Positions 9,336 through 19,337 of a stretch of DNA of 52,519 bases are shown here, in pieces. The notes beneath the pieces were generated by a model. The model did no database searches. It was not told the DNA's origin and saw only the letters and a program-made list of their open reading frames with translations. The position numbers were made by a program, and so were the translations under genes. Each line of letters opens with the position of its first letter. The stretch's first letter is position 1. Source of the DNA: a virus (Duplodnaviria > Caudoviricetes); IMG/VR virus record IMGVR_UViG_3300029268_000023, positions 1 to 52,519 of that record. The stretch is one strand, 5' to 3'.

Positions 9336-10128
9336 GTTCCTTTAGCCAAAGTTTTACAATAACTTCTTTCGGAAGAGACCAAAAACTATCCGATGAAGAA
9401 TTGCCATGAAAATTAGTATTAGTTAGAGCACATTCTCCTTTTATATAAGACCAACTTTCACTTATTGAGCAATGATAAACATCAGTAACCGAATCATAAA
9501 TTTTTTGATGATCGTTTTCATACCCCATAAATTGAACATTATCATTATACTTATATTGTTCAATATACTCTTTAAAATACTGAATATCAGTTATAAGTCC
9601 ATATACCAATACTAATTTACACCCATCATTTAAAGCATTGTTAATTGCAATGTGGGTTTGTTTATTTCTATCAATTGAGCCAATGACTCCTCCAACTTTA
9701 AGTAGCGGTTTTGAATTAGGTTTTATATCTGGTAAAATATTAGGCAATATAAATGATGGGTGGTTAACTTCATGAAAGGATTTTTGTTTTTCAGATACAA
9801 AATGGATCTTATCAAATATTTGATATTTAATCGAATCAACTCTCATTACATCACACTCATGGCAACTATAAATGAGTTTTTTTACTGGCACATCTTCTCT
9901 TATTTTAAATTTATCAAACTTGGATGTAAAATGAGCAATTAGATAATCACTACCATCTGCATTAATTGATACTGTTTTTGATTGTTTAGATCGACATAGT
10001 TGTGTATGATATGAATGTGGACCATAAAAAATAGTGTCATAACCACACTCATTTAGAGCATTAGTTAAATTTGCAAACGCGTGCGTGCTGCCACCAGGTC
10101 CTGACCAACCACTAAATATTTTTATCAT
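9322..10128 (-). CDS. GT-B (GT4-like) glycosyltransferase
   Basis: GPGGS..., IGSIDRNKQ, VQFMGY, SESWSYIKGEC. Confidence 0.75.
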   Translation of the reverse strand: MIKIFSGWSGPGGSTHAFANLTNALNECGYDTIFYGPHSYHTQLCRSKQSKTVSINADGSDYLIAHFTSKFDKFKIREDVPVKKLIYSCHECDVMRVDSIKYQIFDKIHFVSEKQKSFHEVNHPSFILPNILPDIKPNSKPLLKVGGVIGSIDRNKQTHIAINNALNDGCKLVLVYGLITDIQYFKEYIEQYKYNDNVQFMGYENDHQKIYDSVTDVYHCSISESWSYIKGECALTNTNFHGNSSSDSFWSLPKEVIVKLWLKELDYE

Positions 10129-11062
10129 AAATATTTTCTTTCAATATTTGTTCAACTTTTCTTAATTTATAATATGGTATTCGTAACAAGTTTATTTTTC
10201 TACTAACACAATATTTATTTTTGACAGTATCGTGTGCAAAATGATAATCATAATCTTTTTGAGTTATTTGGTGTTTATTTACATGACCACCAATACCTTC
10301 TTTAAAATGCTGCTTTCCATCAAACTCTATAATTAAGTTATATTTCGGTAAATAAAAATCGAAAGGTAATCTTCTATGTGTGCTATTATTAATACAATCA
10401 TTAAAAGTTTTTTGGCATTCATGTTCTATATTATTTTTAGATAACCAATCTTTTATTTTTATTTCACCTTTTGAATTTCTGCATTTAGAACAACCATTTC
10501 CACTTAGATGATTTCGAGGAGATTGTAAAAATATTCCATGTAAAGAACAAATAATTTCAACCTTTACACCACTATTCTTGTAAATAACTTTAGAATAATC
10601 ATATTTGTCACCATGAATATCACGTGCATCTTTTATAAAACTTTCAATTGTTTTAGCATTTCTTCCAAACCGTGTATCATATCCACATTTAGGACATCCA
10701 ACCTTTGATTTTAAAAATCTTCCAGCCGGAATCATTATTTCGCCATGAATAGGACAAACAACTACAATCTTTGAGTTAAAGTTTTTATATTGAACTTTAG
10801 AGTAATCATATTTATTACCATGAATTTCTTTAGCTTTTTGTATGAATTCGTCAGTTGAATTTGAATAAACATTGCTGCACTTTTTACATTTTGATTTTTT
10901 ATATGTATGAGTTGCTGGCATCTGCCAGAACTCACCATGTTCAGGACATATAATACAAACCTTTGTAATGTTATTGATGTATTCAACTTTAGAGTAATCA
11001 TACTTATCACCATGAATTTCTTTAGCTTTTTGTATAAAATCTTCTCGAGTCATTTTAACCAT
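10112..11062 (-). CDS. Putative homing endonuclease, three Zn-binding repeats plus PD-(D/E)XK nuclease
   Basis: HGDKYDYSKV...CPxHG x3; SKGE, LPFDFYLP, IEFDGKQHF, LLRIPY. Confidence 0.82.
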   Translation of the reverse strand: MVKMTREDFIQKAKEIHGDKYDYSKVEYINNITKVCIICPEHGEFWQMPATHTYKKSKCKKCSNVYSNSTDEFIQKAKEIHGNKYDYSKVQYKNFNSKIVVVCPIHGEIMIPAGRFLKSKVGCPKCGYDTRFGRNAKTIESFIKDARDIHGDKYDYSKVIYKNSGVKVEIICSLHGIFLQSPRNHLSGNGCSKCRNSKGEIKIKDWLSKNNIEHECQKTFNDCINNSTHRRLPFDFYLPKYNLIIEFDGKQHFKEGIGGHVNKHQITQKDYDYHFAHDTVKNKYCVSRKINLLRIPYYKLRKVEQILKENIYDKNI

Positions 11063-11089
11063 ATAAATACCTCCTATTAGTATTTATAT
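11061..11089 (-). promoter_or_regulatory. Late promoter TATAAATA embedded in a hairpin covering the SD edge and start codon
   Basis: ATATAAATAC-taataggag-GTATTTATAT(G), 10-bp stem. Confidence 0.75.
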
Positions 11090-11117
11090 TTTCAACATGG
11101 TGGATAACCTGTAGCAT

Positions 11118-12020
11118 TTATGTTTTATTTTGCCCAACATTAACTTCCTTTTCAAATTGATCAATTTTTAACATATGATCATAAACATCAATAGAAACAC
11201 CATAAATTGACTTAGTTATTTCGTTTCGTTTCCATGTTTCATAAGTCCAATTTGGGGCAGTCTTATTAGGATGATTTATATTAACTGTTTGTGCCATTGT
11301 GCAAGTGTATCCTTTTTGCCACATATCATGCTGGAGAAATGCATCATCGCCTGCATATATGCCCATTATTCTGTACCCATTAACTTCTCTCCAAGCCTTA
11401 GCACTAATAAAAAGAGCCCCACCTGCTATACTTGATCCATCATCTTTCCAAACTACTTTTTCTGCACCAACTTGAAGAGAATTATACACTTCGTTTTCTC
11501 CAAATAGATGACAACACCCTAAATCCTGTCCATTAGCTTGATTTAAAGCAGCTAATCCAAATGTAACTTTGTTTTCAGGTACTTTAGAATTCAGCAGCTG
11601 TGATTTTAAATACTTGTGTTCTAAATTCCAAGCTAAACCAATACATCGAGAAAAAATATTAGGTTCCCACAGAGGTATAATTATGTCTGAATCGTATGTT
11701 AGTATCCAATCAGCATCTTTGTCAGCATAATTATCATATAGATAATTTACAACAAAAGCTTTACCATAATTTTTATCAAAGTCAAAAAAGGCAGGTTTAT
11801 TAGCAACAGTCATAATAGCATGTATCCATTTAGATACAATACCTGTGTACTCTTCAGTCGAGCAATATCCCCCGAAAAGTATTTGTAAATGAGGAGGTTG
11901 CTCCTCTACATTTAATCGTTCTAAATATAGTATGAGAGAATTAATCGATTCACACTGTTGTTTAAGCGTTTCTTCATCTATTACGAAAATTGGCTGTATC
12001 AATACAATTTTATTTGACAT
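11118..12020 (-). CDS. GT-A glycosyltransferase, paralogue of the N-domain of 7746-9335
   Basis: FGGY, NYGKAFVVN, YDSD, IAGGALFIS, GIYAGDDA. Confidence 0.8.
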   Translation of the reverse strand: MSNKIVLIQPIFVIDEETLKQQCESINSLILYLERLNVEEQPPHLQILFGGYCSTEEYTGIVSKWIHAIMTVANKPAFFDFDKNYGKAFVVNYLYDNYADKDADWILTYDSDIIIPLWEPNIFSRCIGLAWNLEHKYLKSQLLNSKVPENKVTFGLAALNQANGQDLGCCHLFGENEVYNSLQVGAEKVVWKDDGSSIAGGALFISAKAWREVNGYRIMGIYAGDDAFLQHDMWQKGYTCTMAQTVNINHPNKTAPNWTYETWKRNEITKSIYGVSIDVYDHMLKIDQFEKEVNVGQNKT

Positions 12021-12773
12021 TTAGTTCAAAAGCTCCATCAAGCTCCACTTTTCTAAAACGGGATATTTCTTTTTTATATTTTTCTACTCTATTTCTGGCA
12101 CGATTATCATGCTCATCATCACCAACATTTTTGTACCAGGACATTCCTTCATAATGTTTGAAGCTATTCTCTATCCCTATTAAATTAAATATATTTAGGT
12201 TAGATTTTTTAATATCTTCGTAAAATGTTCCACCAACATCATACATTTCAACATCACTATTTTTATTATTATTGATTGGCACATTTCCGTAGAAACCGGT
12301 GGAATTAGTATCTAATATTCGAGGATCGTTCTTATCATAGAACCGAATATTGAATCTTTGAACATCTTCAATATTAATAAAGCAAAACCATGGATCTATT
12401 CGAGATTTTAGTTTGTAACCGGCTCTACTTGATGTAGCTTTTCCAACTAAAGTTGCATCGTTATTGGCGATATTATCAAAAAATGCATCGTTAATAGGAC
12501 GATTAAAAATAATATCTGAATCAACCAATAGCGCATACTTGGTTGAGCACATGTGAATTGCTTTATCAACTGCTTCAGCATGAGTCATTCCTTTGTTACG
12601 GATGTAGGGCACATTATGTTTTAAGAGTCTGTTCACAGTATCTTCGTCTGTTGAATTCTCCATTAGAATGAGATTGTGAGGACCACATCCATTCATGAGG
12701 ACAAAAGATCGAAGCATTGTTATAGTTCAGATGGTGTGTTATATGAACACGTGATGAGAGTGCAATTTTTCAA
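12010..12773 (-). CDS. GT2 glycosyltransferase; 5' end interrupted by an apparent 1-nt frameshift near 12725
   Basis: AAGGAG then TTG(12773) KNCTLITCSYNTPS; the other frame continues TITMLRSF...HAEAVD...LVDSD. Confidence 0.75.
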
Positions 12774-12800
12774 ATTATAAACTCCTTTTCAAGTAATATC

Positions 12801-12852
12801 AATATAGTATATATAAATTAAAAAAGTCAACTGTTTTTAGGAGTTGACTTTA
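12801..12852 (-). promoter_or_regulatory. Intrinsic terminator overlapping a sigma70-like promoter for the sugar operon
   Basis: AGTCAACT-cctaaaaac-AGTTGACT-TTTTT hairpin; TTGACT(12830-12825)-18 nt-TATATT. Confidence 0.6.
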
Positions 12853-12873
12853 GATAATACTATTTATGTGTTG

Positions 12874-13392
12874 TTATTTTAAATCTTTTATTTTCTGCTT
12901 AATTCCTTCAATTCTTTTCTCTAAAGATTTTATTTCAGCCTCATACTTGCTTTTTTCTGTTTGGTTAATAGCATCTTTATCATGTACGACGAAATCCTTC
13001 TTCCTATCGTTCCACTTCATCGGAACATCATATTTTTTATTTCCCAAACTACTCACAAGATGTCCTGTATCAGCATCTTTTTTAATATTGTGGTGTTCAG
13101 CTCTATTTAAAATTTTATGACTTGGAGTTGTTGCACCTTTAGTGGTAGGATGGTTTAAAATATCTCCATGGAGTTTATTAACTTTTCCACTATATTCTTT
13201 AAAAGAATTTGTATTGTGGTCCCACTTATAGTTCTTCTTACCATCACTATATAGTCCATGACTGGTATAATTTAATTTCATTTCCTTAACTTTTTTATCT
13301 CGGATCTTTTCACTATCAAGATGTTTCGCAATACTGTCTTCAGTGCTCGCTTCATTGAAGATATTTTCTACTAAATAATCTTTAAATTTCAT
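12874..13392 (-). CDS. Putative internal head protein
   Basis: MKFKDYLVE N-terminus resembles the T4 capsid-targeting sequence; Lys/His-rich. Confidence 0.6.
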   Translation of the reverse strand: MKFKDYLVENIFNEASTEDSIAKHLDSEKIRDKKVKEMKLNYTSHGLYSDGKKNYKWDHNTNSFKEYSGKVNKLHGDILNHPTTKGATTPSHKILNRAEHHNIKKDADTGHLVSSLGNKKYDVPMKWNDRKKDFVVHDKDAINQTEKSKYEAEIKSLEKRIEGIKQKIKDLK

Positions 13393-13404
13393 TTTGTCTC
13401 CTTT

Positions 13405-13623
13405 TTATATTTTACCTAATCTACTTTTTAAACTTGCTATATATTTAATATGACTCTGCTTGTTGGCAATCTTAGATTGTATTGATACTTTTGCTTCTGG
13501 AGTCTTAGCTGATGTTAACTGTTTAGTCAAGTTGGTTATTGACTCTCTATCTCTCATAATCATCTTATCATACATTTCTGATTTATCAGACATCTGCTCT
13601 TCTAAGTAATCTTTTAAATTCAT
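13405..13623 (-). CDS. Putative internal head protein
   Basis: MNLKDYLEE N-terminus. Confidence 0.55.
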   Translation of the reverse strand: MNLKDYLEEQMSDKSEMYDKMIMRDRESITNLTKQLTSAKTPEAKVSIQSKIANKQSHIKYIASLKSRLGKI

Positions 13624-14222
13624 TTAATTTTGCTCCTTAACATATCAAATATACTTTTATTATAACCAACCGTCATTTTACTAAATGTTTCAAAATCATT
13701 CTGTTTAATTGCATCTCTTATCTTTGAGGCGGACACATCTTCACCCGTTCTGTGTATTTCTTCAACCTTAATATTTAGATTCAATTTAAGTTTATATCTA
13801 TCTATTTGTTGTTGATATGACTTGACTCTATCTGTACCACAAAATATAGCAATAGGTTCCATGTTCTGTTCTCTTAGTGTTTTTAACATTTCTCCTAAGA
13901 ATGCTGATGGAATTTCATAAATGTTCTTTGTCAAATTCTTAGTTGATGTTTGCAATAGTCTTTTTTGTGTGTTGAAATCAAGAGGATTTTTTTCTTTATT
14001 TAATCCTGTTCCTTCACCCTTCACAATGAAGATAACTGGTTCAGCACTTGGATATTTCTTCTTCATATCTTCAATAATTTTAACATGTGCTATAGATGGA
14101 GGCTGCATTCGTCCAACAAACATAACAACTTTTCTTCCACCTCTTTTAAGTGGAACCTGATCAAGTGTTACTGCTTCTTTTAAAAGAGCCAAACGCTCTG
14201 AATAAAATAAATGAAATCTCAT
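13620..14222 (-). CDS. Cytidylyltransferase-like (HxGH-family) nucleotidyltransferase
   Basis: VGRMQPPSIAH, KNPL, CGTDR, VSASKIR; resembles the T4-like phage cytidyltransferase family. Confidence 0.8.
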   Translation of the reverse strand: MRFHLFYSERLALLKEAVTLDQVPLKRGGRKVVMFVGRMQPPSIAHVKIIEDMKKKYPSAEPVIFIVKGEGTGLNKEKNPLDFNTQKRLLQTSTKNLTKNIYEIPSAFLGEMLKTLREQNMEPIAIFCGTDRVKSYQQQIDRYKLKLNLNIKVEEIHRTGEDVSASKIRDAIKQNDFETFSKMTVGYNKSIFDMLRSKIK

Positions 14223-14566
14223 AGTTTAATATATTCTTTAATATATAGTTGAAGGTTCATCAAACAAGATTCTTTAAAAGTCTTGCCTAATATAAGTTCT
14301 CTAACATTTTTGTTCAATCTTTTATGAAATGATTCTTTTTCTTGAGGATTTAGCTGAGTATATGATTTGCGTGCTGCCAACTGTAAAAATATGTTACTTT
14401 GCAGATCTTTTATGAAGTCTGGATCGTTTTGATATTTCTCAGCAAAAGAAGCAAACTTGTGTAAAACCCACTTAGGATCTTTTTCAGCATAAAAATCTAC
14501 CACATCTCCTTTAAAAGAAACATGTGGCATTTCAGTTATTAGTTGACAAAACTCTTTGAATTTCAT
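14219..14566 (-). CDS. Hypothetical, possible internal head protein
   Basis: MKFKEFCQLITE N-terminus. Confidence 0.6.
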   Translation of the reverse strand: MKFKEFCQLITEMPHVSFKGDVVDFYAEKDPKWVLHKFASFAEKYQNDPDFIKDLQSNIFLQLAARKSYTQLNPQEKESFHKRLNKNVRELILGKTFKESCLMNLQLYIKEYIKL

Positions 14567-14799
14567 TCTTTCCAGACACCTGGCTTAACAGTTTTTAAAT
14601 CTTTTATCATAATGGGAGTAAATGATCCATGACTAACTCCAAAATCAACATACGCATATCCTTTTGTAACTTTCTTCACGTGTCCATATTCAGGAGCAAC
14701 TCCACCAGTCGTTAACTTTCTTCCTGCGTGTGGAGACACAATACGATCGTTTACTCTTACACCTTCGATAATGCATTGAATGTATTCTTTAAGTATCAT
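14563..14799 (-). CDS. Hypothetical SH3/KOW-like small protein, possible internal head protein
   Basis: MILKEYIQCIIE, then VNDRIV...GHVKKV...AYVDF. Confidence 0.55.
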   Translation of the reverse strand: MILKEYIQCIIEGVRVNDRIVSPHAGRKLTTGGVAPEYGHVKKVTKGYAYVDFGVSHGSFTPIMIKDLKTVKPGVWKE

Positions 14800-14805
14800 T
14801 TTTTG

Positions 14806-14934
14806 TTATTCTCCGAAATCTAATTCTTTTGGTTCTTCGTTATCTGTATCAAAATATTCAAAACCGGTTGTACCTAATAATTCTTCAAAGTCATCGAGCG
14901 ATCCAGCATCATCGATAGTGTCATTGTTGTCCAT
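14806..14934 (-). CDS. 42-aa very acidic peptide (not in ORF track)
   Basis: AGGAGG SD; MDNNDTIDDAGSLDDFEELLGTTGFEYFDTDNEEPKELDFGE*. Confidence 0.6.
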   Translation of the reverse strand: MDNNDTIDDAGSLDDFEELLGTTGFEYFDTDNEEPKELDFGE

Positions 14935-15923
14935 TAAATATCCTCCTTTTTAATTAGCTCAGCTTTACCTAACTTTACCATTTTTATTATTTTCTGTCTA
15001 TATAGGTTTAGCTTTTGGCAGCAATCTTTTATAGTATCATATTTAATGCCATCGATGATAACACCTACTGCTGCAGGATTTTTATCTCCACACATTCCTT
15101 TATGACCAGTTCTTGATTTAACAAATTTCTGAATTGATTCTTTGGAATGAGGACGATCGCCTTTAATAAAACCATTCGGTATAATATCATCTTTATTTAT
15201 AACTTTTTTAACATCTAAATCTTTATTATAAATAATAATTCTACCTTTATACTTACCTATTCTATTTATTGACATTTTGTGTTTGGTATCATCTGATAAT
15301 TTTTTCCCTTTATTAGCAACAGATAATATCATTTTATGTTCTTCAGTTCTTTTTTTCCCTTTATTTCCATTTCCTCTTTTTATTTTCTCTTCATCCGCCC
15401 GTTTTGATGATCCATATATATTTTCATAAGTTTTACCTTTATATAAACGGCTCATATATTCTTTGTGTTCTTTAGTTTTAGGTTTTCCACCAATAACAAA
15501 CCCGATTGGAATATTTTCAGTTTTATTAATACGTTTTTCTACATTTATTTCTTTATTGTATATTGCAATTTGACCTGTTCTTAATAAACTTTGGTGTTTA
15601 CAAATCTCTTTTTTATTAGGATGGTTTGATATTAAATCTCCGCCAGTTCCACCTTTGTCAATATTATATCCAATTTTTTGATCACAAGCGTTTAACTTAT
15701 CTATCCAATAAATTTCTCGTTCATTTACATTGTTATCTTCACAAGCTTCTAATGTTTCACGTTTAAAATTTTCAGCTCCATATTTTTTAATAGATCTTTT
15801 TAAATATAGACCTGATCCTAAATATCCATCTTCAGAAGACGTATAGTGTTGACCTACATAAATTTTGTTATTCACTATATTAGTAGTTTTATAAATTATA
15901 GGTTTATTATTTAATTCAATCAT
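14934..15923 (-). CDS. GIY-YIG (Seg-like) homing endonuclease with NUMOD3-type repeats
   Basis: IIYKTTN...IYVGQH...YLGSG...E.YWI...GYNIDKGG; KGKKRTEEHK, KGKKLSDDTKHKMS. Confidence 0.88.
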   Translation of the reverse strand: MIELNNKPIIYKTTNIVNNKIYVGQHYTSSEDGYLGSGLYLKRSIKKYGAENFKRETLEACEDNNVNEREIYWIDKLNACDQKIGYNIDKGGTGGDLISNHPNKKEICKHQSLLRTGQIAIYNKEINVEKRINKTENIPIGFVIGGKPKTKEHKEYMSRLYKGKTYENIYGSSKRADEEKIKRGNGNKGKKRTEEHKMILSVANKGKKLSDDTKHKMSINRIGKYKGRIIIYNKDLDVKKVINKDDIIPNGFIKGDRPHSKESIQKFVKSRTGHKGMCGDKNPAAVGVIIDGIKYDTIKDCCQKLNLYRQKIIKMVKLGKAELIKKEDI

Positions 15924-16309
15924 ATATTATAACTACTGTAAATTTGTTGTATATTAAACTTATTACATATAGTCCAGTTTTTCTTTTCTTCATAAGGAAG
16001 GACGAACACTCTTTTATTGTATGGTGTTATATCTTCAATATCTAAGTCAATAAGCTTCCAGTTGTATAGACAAAACGCAATTGAATTACGTCTCATTAAA
16101 TCTTCTTCAGAAATATTATTATAGCTTTTTTCTCGTGTCAAAGTAAACAGCTGTTTAAAGTGAACAAGAAAATAACAATCGTTATTTCTCCACAAATAGC
16201 AACTTGGGTAAATTATCTTTTCTTTTAAATTACCAACACCTATTCGAGTTAAGCTCTCAATTATAATTTTATCATCAACCAGTAAACTTATTTCTAATAT
16301 ATCTATCAT
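15920..16309 (-). CDS. regA: Translational repressor RegA
   Basis: ESLTRIGVGN..EKIIYPSCYL...YFLVHFKQLF...RRNSIA..L..W.L matches T4 RegA. Confidence 0.85.
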   Translation of the reverse strand: MIDILEISLLVDDKIIIESLTRIGVGNLKEKIIYPSCYLWRNNDCYFLVHFKQLFTLTREKSYNNISEEDLMRRNSIAFCLYNWKLIDLDIEDITPYNKRVFVLPYEEKKNWTICNKFNIQQIYSSYNI

Positions 16310-16342
16310 AATAACTCCTTTTCAATTCAATAATATTTATAT

Positions 16343-16861
16343 TTAACAATTAAAAATGGTCTGACGCTCAAATAATACTTCTTCATAGCTAAAGTTACAG
16401 GTCATTACCAATTCATCATCAACACCACTATCAAGAGATAGTGAGCTCAAATTCATTAGAAAACATTCAGTGAAATGCAACATAGCAACAGATCTACTCT
16501 GATTATCAAGTGTGTGTAGAGTTATGCGCTTTATTGTTTCATGATGAATCTGCTCTTCATCTAACTCTTGTCCATAACGTAATCTCTGCAGCCACTCAAA
16601 CAAATACAAATAATTCTCCATATTCTCAGAAATCTTTATATCTATCTGGAACTGTGTTAAATTATCATTAATACGAGAAATAGGGTGACGTACACGTGCA
16701 CCCTTAAATTCTGAGTAAAGTTCTTGTATGTTATAGTCTGGAATAGTAATGCTTTTAATATAATGTTCCAAGTATTTAAGATCATCAACCTTATCTACAG
16801 TTGGAACATTTGAAAATGTTACTTTCCATCTACTATTATGAAACGTGTTTGGGTATGACAT
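16343..16861 (-). CDS. Tail completion/tube terminator, gp3-like
   Basis: F.NVP..EHYIKSITIP...ISENMENY..LFEW...F..CF...LS...F.Y tube fold. Confidence 0.65.
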   Translation of the reverse strand: MSYPNTFHNSRWKVTFSNVPTVDKVDDLKYLEHYIKSITIPDYNIQELYSEFKGARVRHPISRINDNLTQFQIDIKISENMENYLYLFEWLQRLRYGQELDEEQIHHETIKRITLHTLDNQSRSVAMLHFTECFLMNLSSLSLDSGVDDELVMTCNFSYEEVLFERQTIFNC

Positions 16862-16871
16862 TATTTATTCC

Positions 16872-19319
16872 TTAAGCAAGATATCCTCTATAAGTACCTT
16901 CAATGAAAATTGTATATTTACTTCCACCTACTAAAGTGAAGGCTTCATCAGGATCTTTAAATCTAATCCATATACTATTAGTGAAACCAGAAAAACTATT
17001 ATCCCAATATAAAACTTCTATGGGTAATTTATCAGCAGCATCACTATAAAATTTATATGATATTCCAACTGGCCAACGATCACCATCTGTTCTTCGCATT
17101 ACTGCAGTGCAGGTTCCAATTGGTAAACAAGATCTATCAGAATATGGATTAGCATATATGTATGGCAGTTTATATGAATGAGATGTTGGATAAGTATCAA
17201 ATATATCTCTAATCAATATACCACCAGTTCCATAACTACCTCCAGCTGCTGTTATATCAACTATCATTGAAAAGTATACCATTGAATTACCCACTACTGT
17301 GTAGAAATGTTCCATTTCTACTTTTCCAATTGATTGTGTTATAGTAGGTCCAATATTTGTTATTCTACTGGTAAAATCACCTGCGTCTGTACTATCATTG
17401 AATTGAATCAGATCATAACTTCTAACAAATCCATAATCTCCTGATGTTGGGGCGTCTTGCCAAGTTTGTCTAAAAGTAGCTTCACCATTGACAATAAGAG
17501 TGTTAAAATTTGCATCTTCAGCATAAACAGCATTATATCGTAGATTTGATCTTCCTAAATTACCTTCACCATTTTCACTTGGCATAATACCAATTTTATC
17601 AGTCAGACTAATATCGTTTGCACTAATATTACCAGCTGCATCAAAGTAATTATTAGCAAGAGCATTAACATAAATCGTATTGTACCATTTAGTTTGTGAT
17701 CCAATATCGTAGGAAGCAGGCTTAAGAGGCAATATATCTCCAGCATGCCAGATATAACCATTTGGTGCAGGTAAATATATACTTCCATTTACATCTGTGT
17801 CCAAAAAATCAGATGTATCAATAATTGTTCCTGCATAAGATGGATCAAGCAACGACCATGGTACAGCTCCAATGGATGAAGCTGATGTCGTGCGCGAAAT
17901 AAGCTCTGAGTTTCTACCATTTGTACTACGCACACCTGGAAAGATAAAAACGTCATAAGAAAAACTTCCAAACATGCTATTTCTGATAATTAAATTCGAT
18001 TGTACTTTAGCAAGGTTTCCATTCAAAAATGAATCTTTAGGAGCTGTACTTGAGCTTATAACTTTTATGTCTCCATATCTAACCTCTATTCCACTTACAG
18101 ACAGACTCGTGCCAGAAACAGATGAGTTCCAACCTTCACCAAGAAAAATATTATCTTTAAAATAACCAGTATTCCACTTACTGTTCATACTTCCAATGTT
18201 ATGAAGACCATCTTCACCTGTCATCAACCCCATATTTAAAAACGTTAATAGAGGGTCAACAGCTTGACTTCCACTTAGTGAAATTTCAGCTGCACCTGTA
18301 TCTGTAACTTTAAAGGACATTCTATATTTAGTTGTAGGGTCTGCACCATTATCATAATGTTGAAGAGCAAGTTGAGGCATATTCTGCTCTGTTGTTTCAG
18401 TGCCATCAACAAATGTTGTTGTAGATATTAATGTTTTAGCTACTCCAACATCGTCTGTGGTTGTGTATTTTGTAACATAAACACTATCATGTGTTAGCAT
18501 GCCACCATCTTCAGATCTCTTTGTCCAATAATCAGCTTCAGATCCATATAGAATGGTTGCAAAGTCAGCAGCTATAGTTGATAATTGAATTTGAAACTCA
18601 ACCAACACCTCAGCTAAACCTCCACCATTAACGTTTGATTTAATTTGGGTTTGTGGAATTATAACTTCGGAGAATAGAAATGGATCTCCTACCTCTTCAT
18701 AGTTGGCATCTAAATAAACAGCATATAGACCAATTTTATTAAATTTATATACTCCAACATTATCTGTAACCTTCACAACAAAGCTTGCATTGCCAGCACT
18801 TGTTCCACCAGTAGATGAATATGTAACAGTTGTGAATAACTTATTCTTTGCAAATGTTGTATCATTTATACCAACAACACCATTACTATCATATACTCCC
18901 CAAACAGTGTCTGTTCCAGAAGGTGAAATAAATGCAGTACCTGAAATATGAGGACTTAAAGGAACACTGTTAAACAGGTTAATTGGCTGAAGAACTCTTT
19001 GCTTTCCAAAATTGTAAATGTCAGGTGGACCAGCAGCAAATCCCATATCTCCAGCTGACACAATGAAATCTTGAGTTGTTGCTAATGAATATATACCAAC
19101 TTTATTCCAGATAATCTCACCAGTTGGTAAAGTATCAGCTTCTGGATTAAGAGTTGAGATGTCATTCTCATCAAAATTTTCATCGGTTGGATCAATAGCA
19201 GGATTAATTCTGTAATCATAAACAGGAATAAAATATCTGCATGATATCAACGTTCCTTGTTCAGTTGCCTGTGATACTGCTGACAATCCTAATTGTGTTA
19301 TAGCTGCGAAATTTGACAT
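16872..19319 (-). CDS. Tail fibre/baseplate-attached protein
   Basis: ITQLG and FNKIGLYA N-domain; NIGS...W/YDIGS..W/NLG....Y fibre repeats. Confidence 0.7.
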   Translation of the reverse strand: MSNFAAITQLGLSAVSQATEQGTLISCRYFIPVYDYRINPAIDPTDENFDENDISTLNPEADTLPTGEIIWNKVGIYSLATTQDFIVSAGDMGFAAGPPDIYNFGKQRVLQPINLFNSVPLSPHISGTAFISPSGTDTVWGVYDSNGVVGINDTTFAKNKLFTTVTYSSTGGTSAGNASFVVKVTDNVGVYKFNKIGLYAVYLDANYEEVGDPFLFSEVIIPQTQIKSNVNGGGLAEVLVEFQIQLSTIAADFATILYGSEADYWTKRSEDGGMLTHDSVYVTKYTTTDDVGVAKTLISTTTFVDGTETTEQNMPQLALQHYDNGADPTTKYRMSFKVTDTGAAEISLSGSQAVDPLLTFLNMGLMTGEDGLHNIGSMNSKWNTGYFKDNIFLGEGWNSSVSGTSLSVSGIEVRYGDIKVISSSTAPKDSFLNGNLAKVQSNLIIRNSMFGSFSYDVFIFPGVRSTNGRNSELISRTTSASSIGAVPWSLLDPSYAGTIIDTSDFLDTDVNGSIYLPAPNGYIWHAGDILPLKPASYDIGSQTKWYNTIYVNALANNYFDAAGNISANDISLTDKIGIMPSENGEGNLGRSNLRYNAVYAEDANFNTLIVNGEATFRQTWQDAPTSGDYGFVRSYDLIQFNDSTDAGDFTSRITNIGPTITQSIGKVEMEHFYTVVGNSMVYFSMIVDITAAGGSYGTGGILIRDIFDTYPTSHSYKLPYIYANPYSDRSCLPIGTCTAVMRRTDGDRWPVGISYKFYSDAADKLPIEVLYWDNSFSGFTNSIWIRFKDPDEAFTLVGGSKYTIFIEGTYRGYLA

Positions 19320-19337
19320 GTATAATCTCCTGTTATT

